Shown here: positions 17,687 to 19,515 of the stretch, in pieces
Position numbering within the stretch: position 1 is the first letter of the stretch
Layout of the letters: each line of letters starts with the position of its first letter
Assembly: GCA_039679545.1 (NCBI GenBank)
Contig: JBDKUT010000071.1
Location: forward strand, 1 to 19,515
DNA: 19,515 bases
Direction: 5' to 3'
Origin: Thermotogota bacterium
GTDB lineage: Bacteria; Bipolaricaulota; Bipolaricaulia; UBA7950; UBA9294
Translations under genes and position numbers: made by a program
The notes under the pieces: model-generated
What the model saw: only the letters and a program-made list of their open reading frames with translations
Database searches by the model: none
Told to the model about the DNA's origin: nothing

Positions 17687-18432
17687 GAACCTTCGTCGCC
17701 GATCTTCACATTCACACGTGCCTGTCGCCGTGCGGCAGTCTTGAGATGTCTCCCCGCACCATTGTTGCCGCGGCGCGCGCCAGGGGCCTCGACCTGATCG
17801 CCGTGACGGATCACAACGCGGCGGGGATGGTGGACGAGGTGACGCGGGTGGCCCGAGCGATCGGGCTCGTCGTCCTGCCGGGGATCGAGCTGGAGACGCG
17901 GGAAGAGGTTCACCGTCTCGCGTACTTCGACGACCTCGCGTCATGCCTGGACTTCGCGGCGGAGGTCTACCCGCTTCTGCCCGACCGTGCGAACGATCCG
18001 GAGTCGTTTGGCGACCAAGTCGTCGTTGATGCCGACGATACGATCGTCTACACGGAGCCGAAGCTCCTCCTGAATGCCCTCGCGCTCTCCTTGGAGGAGG
18101 CAGTTGCTCGCATCGGCGAGCGTGGCGGACTGGCCGTGCCGGCCCACGTGGACCGAACGCCGTACGGGCTTGTGACTCAGCTTGGGTTCGGCCCGGAGAG
18201 CCTGCGCTTCCCGGTTGTGGAGGTTGACGGCCCGTTCCGACCGGAGGAGTGCGGGCCCGGTGCGGTGCTGTGGAGCTCGGACGCGCATCGGCTCAAGGAC
18301 GTCGGGTCGCGCGTCTCCGTGTTCCGCATGAACGGCCCGGTGGTTGACGAAATCCGGGGCGCCGCGGTCGGCGTGGGCGGAAGGTCGATCGAGATTCGAC
18401 GCGGTGCACAGTGCTCGGAGGCCGCGGGATGA
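17683..18432 (+). CDS. PHP-domain metal-dependent phosphoesterase
   Basis: TTG 17683 overlaps the upstream TGA. Motifs DLHIHTCLSPC, AVTDHN, PGIELET, PAHVDR and SSDAH. Confidence 0.92.
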   Translation: MRTFVADLHIHTCLSPCGSLEMSPRTIVAAARARGLDLIAVTDHNAAGMVDEVTRVARAIGLVVLPGIELETREEVHRLAYFDDLASCLDFAAEVYPLLPDRANDPESFGDQVVVDADDTIVYTEPKLLLNALALSLEEAVARIGERGGLAVPAHVDRTPYGLVTQLGFGPESLRFPVVEVDGPFRPEECGPGAVLWSSDAHRLKDVGSRVSVFRMNGPVVDEIRGAAVGVGGRSIEIRRGAQCSEAAG

Positions 18433-18980
18433 TCGAGTACCTGGACATGCACCTTCTGGACCTGTTCCAGAACGCCCTCGCCTCGGGTGCTTCCGAGATC
18501 GATGTATCGATCGACGAAGGGACGGACGACTTCCTTCGTCTGGTCGTGCGCGACAACGGGTTCGGCATGGATGAGGAGACCTTGGCCGCCGTGGATCGGG
18601 GCTTCTACTCCTCCAAGAGTGCGAAGCGCGTCGGGCTAGGGATCCCGCTTCTCCGCGCTGTGGCCGAGCACTGTGAGGGGAGCTTCCGCATCGAGAGCGC
18701 GTCCGGGCGCGGCACCACTGTCTCGGCGTCGTTTCGGTCGGATCACATCGACCTGCCCCCGTTCGACGACCTCGGGGAGACGTTCCTCGCGATGCTCGTC
18801 GCGAGCACGGGCCCGCGGGTCCGGATCCACTGTCACCTCGGTGGGAAGGACATCGACGTCGACACGGCGGAGCTGGCGGAGACGCTCGGGGATGTTCCGA
18901 TCACCCACCCTGGCGTGATCGGCTTTCTGCGGAACTACTTGAGGGAACGGCTGGAGCCTGCGTCTCGATCCGCGGGATGA
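18429..18980 (+). CDS. Stand-alone HATPase_c (histidine-kinase-like ATPase) protein
   Basis: ATGA overlap. HLLDLFQNA, RDNGFGMD, VGLGIPL, GRGTTV and HIDLPP. No sensor or HisKA domain. Confidence 0.9.
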   Translation: MIEYLDMHLLDLFQNALASGASEIDVSIDEGTDDFLRLVVRDNGFGMDEETLAAVDRGFYSSKSAKRVGLGIPLLRAVAEHCEGSFRIESASGRGTTVSASFRSDHIDLPPFDDLGETFLAMLVASTGPRVRIHCHLGGKDIDVDTAELAETLGDVPITHPGVIGFLRNYLRERLEPASRSAG

Positions 18981-19110
18981 GGAATCGCCTCGAACTCGGT
19001 ACCATAGCGGTCCGGGACCCGGCGGATCGTGAGCCGCCGACCGACCCGTCGAGACCTCGGTCGCCGCTCCCGGAGAAGATTCAGGAATGGGAATGCGGAA
19101 CGGAGGAAAG

Positions 19111-19515
19111 GTGACGGGATTGATCGATGTAGCGTCGGGCAGCGCGGCACAGCGCAAACAGCTCGAGAGAATCCTCGAGGAGTACAGAGGGCTGCCGGGA
19201 CCGCTGATCCAGGTTCTCCACAAGGTGCAGGGTGTGTACGGGTACCTGCCTTCTGACGTCCTTCGCTTCGTGGCCTCCGAACTTGAACTCCCGCTCTGCG
19301 ACGTGCGGGGCGTGGCGACCTTCTACAACTTCTTCCGCCTCGATCCGGTCGGAAAGCACACCGTGTCCGTGTGCCTGGGGACGGCGTGCTACGTCAAGGG
19401 TGGTGCGGAAATCCTGAAGAGGATCCAGCGGGAGCTTGGCGTTGAGGAGGGACATACGACGGCCGACGGGTTGTTCACCCTCGACACGGCCCGGTGCTTT
19501 GGGGCGTGCGGACTG
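19111..19515 (+). CDS. NuoE/HydC/HndA-like 2Fe-2S subunit of an NAD(P)-linked (probably electron-bifurcating) complex; truncated by window edge
   Basis: Hand translation: LIQVLHKVQGVYGYLP...VATFYNFF...VCLGTACYVKG...ARCFGACGL (Cx4C...Cx3C). The start could be GTG 19111, TTG 19120 or ATG 19087/19093. Confidence 0.92.
   Translation, partial: MTGLIDVASGSAAQRKQLERILEEYRGLPGPLIQVLHKVQGVYGYLPSDVLRFVASELELPLCDVRGVATFYNFFRLDPVGKHTVSVCLGTACYVKGGAEILKRIQRELGVEEGHTTADGLFTLDTARCFGACGL

Noticed and set aside
4707..17916. CGT (Arg) codons at normally hydrophobic sites in permease TM1 (4707-4709) and PHP (17914-17916), hinting at codon reassignment
   Set aside because: Only two cases, and CGT reads sensibly as Arg elsewhere (e.g. 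PhoU DLRR). Point substitutions or sequencing errors are more likely.
1..19515. CRISPR arrays, tRNA/rRNA, IS elements, prophage or defence genes
   Set aside because: No repeat-spacer pattern, cloverleaf, or transposase, integrase or phage motifs were seen. Nearly all the sequence is explained by metabolic and transport genes.

Overview
GC-rich (roughly two-thirds GC by eye), gene-dense bacterial chromosomal segment, probably from an anaerobe. Several genes are of types common in archaea, which suggests a deep-branching lineage such as Bipolaricaulota, but this is only an impression. Left to right: (1) a minus-strand xanthine-dehydrogenase-family molybdenum hydroxylase operon (FAD, 2Fe-2S and Mo subunits; the Mo subunit runs off the left edge); (2) a secreted hypothetical protein plus a MacB/LolD-type ABC ATPase and permease; (3) a pyridoxamine-oxidase-like flavin-binding protein; (4) pstS, pstCAB and phoU, followed convergently by an archaeal-type AbrB-PhoU regulator; (5) a minus-strand C4-dicarboxylate block (two-subunit Fe-S fumarase, Ldh_2-family dehydrogenase, malic enzyme); (6) a divergent DRTGG / RsbT-like kinase / DRTGG / PHP / HATPase cluster leading into a NuoE/HydC-like 2Fe-2S subunit cut by the right edge. 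The most interesting signal is a candidate PhoBR-independent phosphate regulon. A CTATATAG-like box recurs at 20-21 bp spacing over the predicted sigma70 promoters of pstS, pstC and the AbrB-PhoU gene itself. I saw no mobile elements, CRISPR arrays, tRNAs or rRNAs.
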